A DNA stretch of 64,000 bases from Paraspadella gotoi (taxonomy: Eukaryota > Animalia > Chaetognatha). How positions within the stretch are numbered: the first letter of the stretch is position 1; each line of letters opens with the position of its first letter. The translations under genes and the position numbers were made by a program. The notes beneath the pieces were generated by a model. The model was not told where the DNA came from. It ran no database searches and saw nothing but the letters and a program-made list of their open reading frames with translations. Shown piece by piece: positions 33,740 through 45,698 of this stretch. The DNA lies in NCBI GenBank assembly GCA_051294375.1, contig CM119270.1:12620497-12684496 (forward strand). The letters run 5' to 3'.

Positions 33740-34395
33740 TCTTTCTTTATTTTCTTCTTATCTCTCCCAGACGAAAAAACCCCTTTACTCTCCACAGGAT
33801 TTATCTTTACTTTTCTAAAAACCGAAAATATTTCCGTTAATTTTTTTTTCCAAACGCGTTCCTCTTCTCTCTTTATAAAAATCTTTAAAACGAAAATAAA
33901 GAGAATTTGAATTAAATTAAAATTAAATAAAAAAAAGTCAAGGGAACATTTNNNNNNNNNNNNNNNNNNNNNNNNNTCGGATCGATTTTTTCCAGAACTT
34001 TTTCTTGAAAGGCAAACACCACAACACACCAGAACCGATGAGAGAGAGAGAGAGAGAGAGAGAGCAGAGAAGAGAGAGAGAGGAGAGAGAGAGATATTGA
34101 GAGAGACGAGAGAGAGAGAGAGAGAAGAGAGAAAGAAATTTGCATTAGTGCCTTCTTTATTGGCCGAAAAATATTACCGTTTACGATGACAATCTCTTTT
34201 TTTTTTTTAAATCGGGCCTCCTTTCGATTCGCAAGAAAAAAAAGTTTTACAATGGAGACCCCATTATTGCGCCGTTGTTGTTTATCCGCTCGAACAAAAT
34301 CAATATCGAAGGGAGAGAGAGAGAGAGATGAGAGAGAGAGACAGAGAGAGAGAGACGAGAGCGACACCCAGATGAGAGAGAGACGAGTGAGAGAG

Positions 34396-34432
<37 letters not shown>

Positions 34433-34460
34433 AAGAGAGAGAGAGAAGACGAGAGAGAGA

Positions 34461-34511
<51 letters not shown>

Positions 34512-34736
34512 AAACTTCCGCCGTGCATATGAAGCGTAACATCCTCTTTCCTCCTGTGTATTGTAATCTTCATTCATCGTCTGGATCTCTCCCTCTCTCT
34601 CTCTTTCTCCTCTCTCTCTCTCTCTCTCCTCTGCACAACAATAATCTTTCCCTTCCCAGTAGGTTTTTTTTATCTCGAAATAAAAGACGACGATATCCTT
34701 CGCTTTACATAGTATGACGACGACCGAACGACGAGA

Positions 34737-34773
<37 letters not shown>

Positions 34774-34922
34774 ACGACACGACGACGAACACGACGCACG
34801 AACGAACGAGTCGGATATCAGATCGGCGACGACGTCGGTATTTCTCTTTCCTTATGTCCATCGCCCTCAAATTCGCCTCCAAATTTTTTTCACTTCATAA
34901 CATTTTCGTAGGATTTTTTTCC

Positions 34923-34979
<57 letters not shown>

Positions 34980-35157
34980 CTCTCTCTCTCTCTCCTCTTT
35001 CTCACTCTTCCCCTTTTCTACTCGACTTCTGGAAAAAAAGCATCCCCCCGGTGAATATTACGAAAAAAGCAAAAATGCATCCGGAGTGAAAGATTTTTTC
35101 TCTGCTCTCTCTCTCTCATCTCTCTCCTCTCATCTCTCTCTTTCTATTTCCTTTTCC

Positions 35158-35196
<39 letters not shown>

Positions 35197-35849
35197 CTCT
35201 CTCTCTTCTTCCTCTCCAAGAGAAATGAGAAAAAAAAAATAAGTTTTCCTCATCTATAGATATTTTTCGCCGCATTCATCAATTGTAAATCGTTCGTTCG
35301 CTCATATTTATTCATTCAGTCCCTCTTTCATTCATTTATTCAATCTAATCATTCAAGATAATGACTTCTTTCTGTTTATTCTTGAATTATCTATCATCTT
35401 CTATTGTATTTTCTCTTTTCTTTTTTTTTAAAATCACTTTCATCGTTTCATAATTGATAATTACTGATTTCTACATTAATTGGTTTCTACGACTTTATTG
35501 CGTTTTAATTTGGTTCTTTCTTTTCTTTTGTCCTTTTCATGTTTTTAATTTAAACCATTTATTCATGGCTATATTCTTCATTAGGTTAACGCTTTGATAA
35601 CTCTTCCTTTGGACGTTTATTCGTTCATTTTTTGTTTGTTTCGATCTGATTAAATATTTGAAATTCCAAACTTTTTCATACTTCTTTCCTATTTTAGAAT
35701 TTCATTCCTCAAATCGTTTATTCATTATTATTTATCACTTGACTCTCAAGTTCGTTTAAAACAAACTTAATATTGTATGTTTCAAGAAAAACACCGCGTC
35801 GCTTCTTCGTGTAAATATTTTCCGCATCGATGATAGAAACCTCCTCGAT

Positions 35850-35952
35850 CTGTACATGTGAACATTGAACAACCTCTACGCTTTTACATGTTTAACATTG
35901 AACAATCTCTATTGCTTTACATGTTGAACATGAACAACGCTCTATCGCTTTT
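35850..35952. repeat. ~32-34-bp tandem repeat x3 (ACATGTTGAACATTGAACAACCTCTATCGCTTT); also 42655-42758
   Basis: Three adjacent units are visible. Confidence 0.8.
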
Positions 35953-37164
35953 GCCGGTTCCTATTTTTATCTCTTTATGAAATCTATAGTTAAATTGTTT
36001 TTAAATTGCATTGGCCAACTTTCGACAGGAATTATTTCGTTTTCTTTTTCACAGTCGTTTGGGAATTCTGGGGAAAACAAAGCAGATCGAAAAAAGCCTA
36101 CGTTATACATTCAACTTCAAAAACAAAAAGGAAACGGATAATCGAGCGATTAGAAAACAGTGAATTAGGATAAAATAAAAAAAAAGTCGAAAAAATATAA
36201 CGAGGATTAAAAAAAGGTGAAATAAAAATAAAATCGTTTCGAAGGATAGAAAAGTTGACGATTTAAACAAAAAAAAACTTCTTTTTTTAAAAAATATACT
36301 CCAAAATCACCCACCAAAAAATCAAGGCGATGGCGGCGCCGCGATCGGGTTCCAAAGATGGCGCCCACGTCGCTGGAAGTAGCGCCGCTAGTAGGACCGA
36401 AGTTTCAGCGACGGACGAAAAGGCGCCGTTTGGAATCGTTTTTGGGTTTCACTCGTCTTCGTCGTCGTCGTCGTCGTCGTCGCTTTTCAGAAGTCGCAAT
36501 CGCCAACGGCAGTAAGTTAAATGCGGAACGTTTTTTGTTTGTTTACGATTGTTTTGTTTTGTTGTCTACAATTGTTTTTTTTTTTTTTTTACAATTTCGC
36601 CGTTATCAATGTATGAGTGAGAACTACTTATGGGAGGAAATCTGTAACTAACTATATCTGAACTTAGTGATTAGTGATAAGTTTGACTAAAAATAACATT
36701 TATCGAATCTCCAAAATGCTCGCGTATTTTTGGGCCCAATTTTTTTTTCCTTCTTAAAATTTCACACCGCCTTTCGTGCTGGGCTTAACGGACAGACCGC
36801 TACGCTCGACCGAACCGCCCACTATCGAGTTCTAAGCGCCAACAAAACAAAAGAAAAAAAAATGGGTGAGTAAACAAAAAAATCCTGACCTCAGTTTGTT
36901 AAACATCTTTGTTTACATCGAAGGGTCTCGAGATACCGACGATCGATTTCGATCTTTTTCGTTTTTTTCGATTTTTAACGACGGACCGGGGGCAACGTCC
37001 GCCGTTGCATTCGCACTGAGAGAGAGAGAGAGGAGCGAGTAGAGAGAGAGAGAAAGACAGACAAAGAGAGAGAGAGAAAGAAAGAAGAGAGAGAATCGTT
37101 TTTAGGGTTAAAAATTGAGGGAAAGATGCTGGAATTTTATGGTGGATAATTTGATTTGTATGGC

Positions 37165-38650
37165 TCGGAGGGAGCGGGTTGACGGGTGATGCGGTGTGTG
37201 GAGCGGTACGTGAGCGGACTCAGCTGAGGCGGGTGAAGCGGCGTTTGACGGGGTTGAGCGGGGTTGAGGCGGTTCTAGTAATATAAGTTGGAGTTACGTA
37301 CGTGAGCGGTGCTGTTGAGCGGTCATGGAGCGGTGTGAAGCGGTGTGAGCGGATGTTTGAAGATAGGGTTGAAGCGGGGACGGGTGACGCCGTTGAGCGG
37401 TGAGCGGTGAGTGGCTGAGCGGATTGAGCGGCAAGGAGCGGTGAGCGTAAATTAACTTGTGAGGTGGTGTGCAGCGGGACGGGTGAGCGAGAGCGGAGTG
37501 AGGGGTGTAGTCTGGGGGAGAGGGTGACGGAGGAGCGGTCACCTGATTGAGAGCGGGTGGAGGTGGGTGAGAGTGTAGTGATCGGAGTGAAGCGGTTGAG
37601 CAGGTCATGTTGTGAGCGGTGGAGTGTGGATGAGCGGGGGTGAGTGGGTGAGCGGGAGCGGTGAGTCGGGGAGTGGGTGAGCGGTGGGACCGTGGTTGAG
37701 CGGCCGTGAGCGGGTTGAGTCGAAGTGAGTCGGGCGGTGAAGCGGGGAGCGGCGTGGAGCGTAGTGAGCGGGTAGTGAGCGGTAACCTTTTGTCGTGAGT
37801 GGGTGAGCGGTCACTGCTGCCGTAGCGTGATAATTATGAGCGGTAGCGAGATGAGGGGGGAGCGGTGTGTGTCTCTGGAGGCGGTATGAGCGGTGGAGCG
37901 GCGTGAGTGGGTGAGCGGGGTGAGTGGGGAGGCGGGGGAGCGGAGTAGTGGGAGGTGAGTGGTGTGAAGTGGTGCTGAAGCGGTTCGGAGCGGGTGAGCG
38001 ACCTAACGTGAGGCGGGAGTCTGCTCTTTTCCCTCCAAAGTGAGCGCGTGAGCGGGTGAGGGGTAGAGCGGGTGTAGAGTGAGCGGCGTGAGGCGCGTGA
38101 GCGGATGAGCGAGTAGCGGCATGACGGGGGGAGCGGGTGAGCGGGTGAGCGGAGTGAGCGGATGAGCGGGAGCGGGTGAGCGGAACGGGTGAGCGGGTGA
38201 CGGAAGAGCGGCGAGGAGGGAGGGCGCGCGGTGAGTGATATTGGAAGCGGCGCAGAGTGAGCGGGTAGCGGAGGTGAAGCGGTGTTGAGCGGGTGGTGGT
38301 AAGCGGGAGCGCGCTCCATACGAGCGGGTAGCGGCGTGAAGGCGGTGATGCAGCGGAGTGAGTGAGTGAGCGGGTGAGTGGGTGGGAGCGCGTGAGCGTT
38401 GTGATGGGTGACGGAGAAGCGGGTGAGCGGCAAATTATGCACGGGGGAGTGGTGAGCGGCGTGAGTGGGTGGAGCGGCGTGAGCGCGGAGGGTGAGTGGG
38501 TGAGCGGTACGAGCACATAAGGAGCGGAGCGAGCGGAATCTTTGGCCAAGAATGAGCGCGATGCGACGAGGAGTGTATAAGAGCAGAGTAGCGAGATGGA
38601 TGTAATATTGAGCGCTGACGAGAAGCGTATGAGTGCTGAGCACTAGCGGC
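37165..38650 (+). repeat. Degenerate G-rich 8-mer satellite (GAGCGGGT)n
   Basis: Cleanest at ~38130-38200 (gagcgggtgagcgggtgagcgg); strong G skew over ~1.5 kb. Confidence 0.85.
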
Positions 38651-39769
38651 TACGTACGATCCACCTTAAGCGTGACGTTGTTGACGGCGATGTAGCGTGA
38701 GCGCAGACGTAAGCCTAAGTCTGACAAAGACCGGACCAATATGACCAGCATGACGAGAGACAGTTAACATATTGTACATCATGTTTAACCTCTGTGATTA
38801 ACAAAAGGCAAGTGGCTTGTACCCTGTTTGGCAAACGTGTATCACGATTTTGGGATGTCCGTTCTCCAGTCGTAAATAAACTTTTTTAGAAAAGTCCAGT
38901 ATTTGTGTACTGTGGCGGTTATTTAAAGAAAGACCGAAAGTTTGCCCTGCTGCGACAGTACCCGATTATTTAGCATGTGAGATTAATATGTTTTCAGTTG
39001 GAAATTTATTTGAGAAAGACTTTTGACAAATTTCTCATTGATGCATATTTTCTCTTAGACATGCGAGTTTATATGAGTTTGTATTAAGTAGATATGCGAA
39101 ACCATTTTAGGCAAAATTTCACATATCGATGGCTCATCTATGTCTTGAAAAACTGAAGTTGTAGAATGAATCTTAATTTAAACGAGTTTTGTTGACAAAT
39201 TCCACAATGCGTACGGTTTTTCTTTGGATATGAATTACACGATGCATGTTTAAACGCGTTTTTAGAAGTATGGAGGTGGAATGGTGAGGGTCGATTCTCA
39301 CATATGTTGTGGCACTACTGTGTGGGGGTGGAGGTCCGCGCGTCTTAAAGTTTTTGGAAGTCGGGTGGAGCGGGCTTAAAATCAATCGTGAGATGATACG
39401 TTATTAAACTTTCTTTATTTTTAAGAGACTCTGCAAATTTCGCATGGTGGAGCGTGTGTGATTGTGGAGGTCGGTCTCTCCTAGTTGGAAGCGGGGAGTG
39501 GGGGGTAGTGCGGGAGGGTAGTGAGTGTGCGGCCATTCTCATGCACCGTTTTAGGACGGGGAGGCGGGTTTGCTATTATAAGCGACCTAAGACGAAAAGT
39601 GACAGTGAGCGGCGGATGGCGTGCCTCTCGTGATACCAGACGCAGGGATGAGCGATCGTCAGCACGGGAATACATTTATAGCGGTTTTTCATTGTAAGCG
39701 CTTATGAGTTCTTTGATATGCTGTTGTCAGATTTGAAATTAATCGGCAAAAGCTGTTTGACAAAATGCG

Positions 39770-40142
39770 CCATATATGTGGTTTTTTTTCGTATGTAGAT
39801 TAAGCTGTATGGTTTTTTTTCAAAAATCTGGGCCTCCTTTCGATTCGCGAAGAAAAAGTACAATGGAGACCGATTATTGCGCCGTTTGTTGTTTATCCGC
39901 AAGCAAAGAGAGAAGAGAGAGAGAGAAGGAAGAGAGGAGAGGAGAGAGAAGAGAGAGAAGAGAGAAGAGAGAGAGAGGAAAAGATAGAGACGAGAGGAGA
40001 TGAGAGAGAGAGAGCGAGAAAAATCTTTCACCCGGATGCATTTTTGCTTTTTTTCGTAATAACTCACCGAAGGGATGCTTTTTCTTCGAGAAGTCGAGTA
40101 GAAAGAGGGGAGAGTGAGAAAGAGGAGAGAGAGAGAGAGGAG

Positions 40143-40198
<56 letters not shown>

Positions 40199-41830
40199 GA
40201 AGGAAAAAAAATCCTAACGAAAAATTTAATGAAAGTGAAAAAAAATTGTGGAGGCGAATTTGAGGCGATGGACATAAGGAAAGAGAAAACCCGACGTCGT
40301 CGCCGATCTGATATCCGACTCGTTCGTTCGTCGTCGTGTTCAGTCGTCGTGTCGTTGTCGCGTGTGCGTCGTCGTCGTCGTCGTCGTCTCGTCGTTCGTG
40401 TCAGCTACTATGTAATACGGAAGGATTCGTTCGTCTTTTATTTCGAGATAAACAAAAACCGTACTGAAGGAAGAAGGAGAAAGATATAGAAAGAGAGGTG
40501 TGCGGGGAAGAGGAGAGAGAGAGAAGAGAGAGAGAGAAGAGAGAAGAGAAGAGGAGAAGAGATCCAGACGATGAATGACCAGATTACAATACACAGGAGG
40601 AAGAGATGTTACGCTTCATATGCACGAGGCGGAAGTTTTCTTCTCTCTCTCTCTCTCTCTCATCTCTCATCTCTCTCTCTTCTCGCACTCTTCCTACTCG
40701 TCCATCCAAAATCCACCACTACGCCTTCTCCTCCTCCATCCTCCTGTCTCTTCGCTCCACTCTCCATCTCTTTATCCTCTCCGTATCTCATTCATATTGA
40801 TTTTGCGTCGCGGATAAACAACGATAAACGACGGGCAATAAATCGGGTTCATCATTGTAACTAATTTTGTTCTTCCGTAGTTCCTTACGGGCGATAGTGA
40901 AGAGGAAGGCCGACCAAGATTTGCATTTGAATAAAACACAAACAGAGATTGTCCAAATTCCGGTTCCCGGATATATTCTTCGGACACACTGAACTATACG
41001 GCCCACTATGCAGATTTCTTCTGTTACGATGTTTCTCCTCCGTTCTCTCGTCTCCTTACTCGGGAGGTCTTTGGCGGTTCTTTCTCTCGTGTCTCTCATA
41101 CCACAAGAGAGAACCTCGCTTGTACGCCGTCTTCTCTCTCTCTCCTTCTCCCTAGCTGGACCCACTCTCTCTCCTTCCGATCGATCTCTCCTCGTCTTCA
41201 ATCTGGCCCGTCTATGGATTAGTTTCGGCTCTCTGCTCTCGAAGAGTTTCTGTGTGGTGTAAGTCGTGTGTTTGCACCTCTTTCAACGGGAAAGCTCCGA
41301 AGTTAATCCCGGAAATGAATAAGGTTCGGTGCATTTCCTTGACTTTCATTTTGTTTGTATTAGGAGTTGTGCTTACAGTTTGTATATCTGGTAGGTGTTA
41401 GCTATTTTAAAAATCTCAAATTCTCTATTTTATTTCCGTTTTAAAGATTCTTTTTATTAAAGAGAGAGCGAGGAGGAACGCGTTTGGAAAAAAAACTTAA
41501 CAATGGAAATATTATTCCGTGTTTTAAGAAAAAAAGTAAAGAAGTAGATCTGAGATCGGCTGTGTAGCTGATGAGGGAGAGAGGCGTAGAGTGAGAGAGT
41601 GGTTTTTTTGTCCTCGTCTGGGGTGAGATAAGGATGATAGAAAAGTAGTGATATGAGAAGAGAAGACAGAGAGATAGATGAGAAGAAGATGGAGAGAGAG
41701 AGAGAGAGGAGGAGAGAGACGGAAGAGAGAGAGAGAGATTGAGAGCGACAGAGAGAGAGACTGGTCGCAGACAGCGAGGAGAGAAAAATTTTGTCAAAAC
41801 TCGGCAAAAACCGACCGGGTGAGCTATATC
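39770..41830 (-). other. Error-rich inverted copy of ~33590-35200
   Basis: For example, 40020-40100 is the reverse complement of 35030-35110, and 40590-40640 of 34505-34570. Identity decays with distance. A stretch at ~39815-39900 matches 34200-34290 in direct orientation. Confidence 0.75.
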
Positions 41831-42009
41831 AGAATCTTCGATCGTCGCACACTGATTGGGTCGAATTGTCGGATAGTGGCCGAGATCCCATGTATTGTTG
41901 GGACTTTAGGGGCCTCTGCGTGTGAGCTCCCGGCCATGGGAATAACCATAGCAGCGGCGGGTCGCGGACTATACTCCGGCCCTCNNNNNNNNNNNNNNNN
42001 NNNNNNNNN

Positions 42010-43860
42010 TCTTTCTTTCTCTCCAAAAATGAAAAAAAAATTCTTTTTTTTTCTCATCTTGATATTTTTCGCGCTCGATCAATGTAATCGTTCGTTCGCT
42101 CATTTATTTATTCATTCAGTCCCTCTTTCATTCATTTATTCATTCAATCATTCATAAGTTCTTTCGTTTATTCTTTAATTTATTCTATCATTCTTTCTTT
42201 TGTATTTTCTCTTTTCTTTTTTTTTACCTTTTCTATCGTTTAATATTGTAGTTACTGATTTCTACATTAATTGTTTCTGCGTTTATTGCGTTTGATTTGG
42301 TTTTCTTTTTTTTCTCTTGGTCCTTTTCATGTTTTTTAATTAACTGAGAGGCGTTTTTCATGGCTTTCTTATGTTAGTTTGTTTGTATAACTCATTTTGG
42401 ACGTTTATTCGTTCATTTTTTGTTTGTTTCGTTTATCCTTTCGTTTGTTCGATCTGATAAATATTTGAAATTCCAACTTTTTCATACTTTTTTCTATTTT
42501 AGAATTCATTCCTCAAATCGTTTATTCATTATTATTTATCACTTGACTCTCAAGTTCGTTTAAAACTAAACTTAATATGTGATGTTTCAAGAAAAACACG
42601 CGTCGCTTCGTGTAAAATATTTTCCGCATCGATGATAGAAACCTCCTCGATCTGTTTTACATGTTGAAAATTGAACAACCTCTATCGCTTTACATGTTGA
42701 ACATTGAACAATCTCTATTGCTTTACATGTTGAACATTGAACAACCTCTATCGCTTTTTGCCCGGTTCCTATTTTTATCTCTTTATGAATCTAAGTTAAA
42801 TTGTTTTTAAATGCATTGGCCAACTTTCGACAGAATTATTTCGTTTTCTTTTTCACAGTCGTTTTGGGAATTCTGGGGAAAACAAATGCAGATCGAAAAA
42901 AAGCTACTTTATACCATCAACCTCGTCAAAAACAAAAGGGAAACGGATCATCGAGCGATGAGAAAACAGTGAATTAGGATAAAATAAAAAAAAGTCGGAA
43001 AAAAATATAACGGAGGATTAAAAAAAAAGTGAAAATAAAAATAAAAATCGTTTCGAAGGATAGAAAAGTGTTCGATTAAACAAAAAAAAACCTCGTTTTT
43101 TAAAAATATTACTCGAAATTACCCCCAAAAAAATCAAGGCGATGGGCGGCGCCGATCGGCGTCAAAAGATGGCGCCCACGTCGGCTGGAAGTAGCGCCGC
43201 TAGTAGGACCGAAGGTTTCAGCGACGGACGAAAAGGCGCCGTTTGGAATCGTTTGGGTTTCGACGTCGTCTTCGTCGTCGTCGTCGTCGTCGCTTTTCAA
43301 GTCGCAATCGCCAACGGAGTAAGTTAAATGCGAACGGTTTTTTGTTTGGTTTACGATTGTTTTGTTTTGTTTGTCTACAATTTGTGTTTTTTTTTACAAT
43401 TCGCCGTTTTCAATGATGAGTGACGAAATACTTACGGGAAGAAAATAGTAACTAACTATATCTGATACTTAGTGATAGTGATAGTTTTACTAAATTACAT
43501 TATCGAATCTCACAAGAATTCTCGCGTATTTTTGCCCAATTTTTTTTTTTTTTCCTTCTTAAATTTCAACCACCTTTCGTCTGGGCTACGACAGACCGTA
43601 CCGCTCGACCGAACGCCCACCATCGAGTCTAGCGCCAACAAAACAAAAGAAAAAAATGGGGTTGAGTAAACAAAAAACCTCGACCTCAGTTTTGTTTACA
43701 TCTTTGTTTACATCGAAGGTCTCGAGATCCGACNNNNNNNNNNNNNNNNNNNNNNNNNGACGATCATTCTCATCTTCGTTTTTCGGATTTTTTGAACGAC
43801 GGACGGCAACGCCGCGTCTGCATTTCGCCTGATTAGAGCAGAGAGAGAAGAGAGAGAGAG
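42010..43860 (+). other. Direct re-copy of ~35200-37030 between 25-N gaps
   Basis: Colinear near-identity with indel noise; 25-N gaps at 41985-42009 and 43734-43758. Confidence 0.8.
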
Positions 43861-44924
43861 AGAAGAGAGAGCATGGTTGGTCGACAATCGACCGAGCCGC
43901 GAGATCGCACAAAAAGGCTTACCCTCTTCTGTCCGCTCCTTTCTCTCTACCGCCCGGTCGAAGGTCGGCAGGGTCATCCGCTGTCGGTGAAACTTCGAAA
44001 AACATGAGCGAAATCCTCTTCCTTTCTCTACCGAACGGGCGATCGTCGCGACGGTCTAGGCTGCGAATGACTCACGAAAATAACCGCCTCAGGCTCTTTT
44101 TTCTCTCTCTCTCCCGACATTTTCTCTTTAGTTTTTGCTTTCTCACTCTCTTACATGGGTTTTGCCTTGGCGTATGAACAGAGAGAGGCAAAAAATTTTC
44201 TCATATAATAATCGTTTTCGTTGTTGGTTGAGATTAGAGAAAAGTTTGAAATGAATTCAATTCAATAAATCGTTGTTGAATTCATTTCAAACTTTCTCTA
44301 GACATAATTGTATTATTTGGTTCGACAATAATCAATGTATTCTGGTGACTTCTAATTAGACCTCCTTACTTTGTCTCCAAGTTTCTCTATTCGAGATTTC
44401 AAGGCTCAAGAATAAAACCACGTTTAATTGTTATTAATTGACGTTTCAATGGTAATGTTGTCAACTTACAATTTATTTCTTCGTTTAAAAGATATTATTT
44501 ACTACGTAATCGTCGGCTCGTTTCAAATTTATAAGATCGCCTTTTTTATGATTTAAATTGATGTTCTCTGGGTTATTGAAGTCTTGAAAATTTATATTAA
44601 CCAGCTTGCTTTCATCTCATCCGATGTTGCTTAAAAATTGAGTCTGAACTGTTTATTTTGATCATTTTTGTTTACGTTTTATCCAATAAGCAACAAATTT
44701 TTCTTCTTTTTATTCCAAGATTTGCTCATGTCTACCTCTCTATTTTCTAATTTAATGTGTGAGCGATGTGTCTCTCTCCCTCTCTCTGTTCCCATATTCA
44801 CTGATTTCATAATAACAATTAGTGTGATAATTAAAAACGGGTCTGCAGCTGGCTCTTGCAGGGTGCTCTCTCTTTTCCTCTTTTCTCCTGCTGCTTCTGC
44901 TGCGTGCCAATTGATTTCTTCTTT

Positions 44925-44963
<39 letters not shown>

Positions 44964-45671
44964 GTGTTTTTATTTTAAAAAAATAATTTAATTGGATTGA
45001 CACTCGTAAATTTTAAGCATCGCATTCGATTGCATTGTTTATCATTTTGCTATAAATCTACATCGGGTTTTTGTGTTTCCACTATTTTGCTCTTTTACTT
45101 TCACTTTCCAGATCAGTCTGATTCAAGTTTCACTTTGGTTTTTGTCTGGTGCGAATGCTGACTAGTGTTTAGAGGGTACTGTCTCAATCGCCAAAATAGA
45201 ATTTTTTCTTTCTGGTTGATTATATATACTTACTTTTCTTTTTTTCCCCTTTCTATTCTTTCTTTCCTTTTCTTATTTTTCTTTTCCTTATCTATCTCCT
45301 TTCTTTCTCCTTTCTAGTTCTTTTTTTTTCTATTCTTTCTTTCCGTTTCTTTCCTTTTCTATTTTTATTTATTCTTTTCTTCTTTTTTCTTTCCTGCTTT
45401 GATCTTACTAGTTTTTTTTTTTAAAGATTTTATTATCTTTTTTATGTTATCAGAAAACAGCAATTGTCATTTCCCATATTCCACATATTTTTCTTATCGC
45501 AATTGCAACGAGTTTTATGCTTTTAAGATTTCTTTTTGCATGAATTTATCATAATTCGTCTCGCGATGTTCTGATATGATATAAGGAGTGAATTTCCCGG
45601 ACAAAAAGATTTGATTGGGCGGGGAACCGACGGGACGACAAAAGCGGTAGCTGTAATTCATCATAGAGTAC

Positions 45672-45698
45672 GGATCTGCTGAAAGCAGATCCACTAAT
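45672..45698 (+). mobile_element. Perfect short hairpin followed by CTAA|T; possible Helitron-type 3' end
   Basis: GGATCTGCT-GAA-AGCAGATCC-A-CTAA-T. No 5' end or Rep/helicase ORF identified. Confidence 0.3.

Noticed and set aside
37605-38643. 314-aa and 269-aa His/Pro/Thr-rich ORFs
   Set aside because: Stop-poor reverse translation of the (GAGCGGGT)n satellite.
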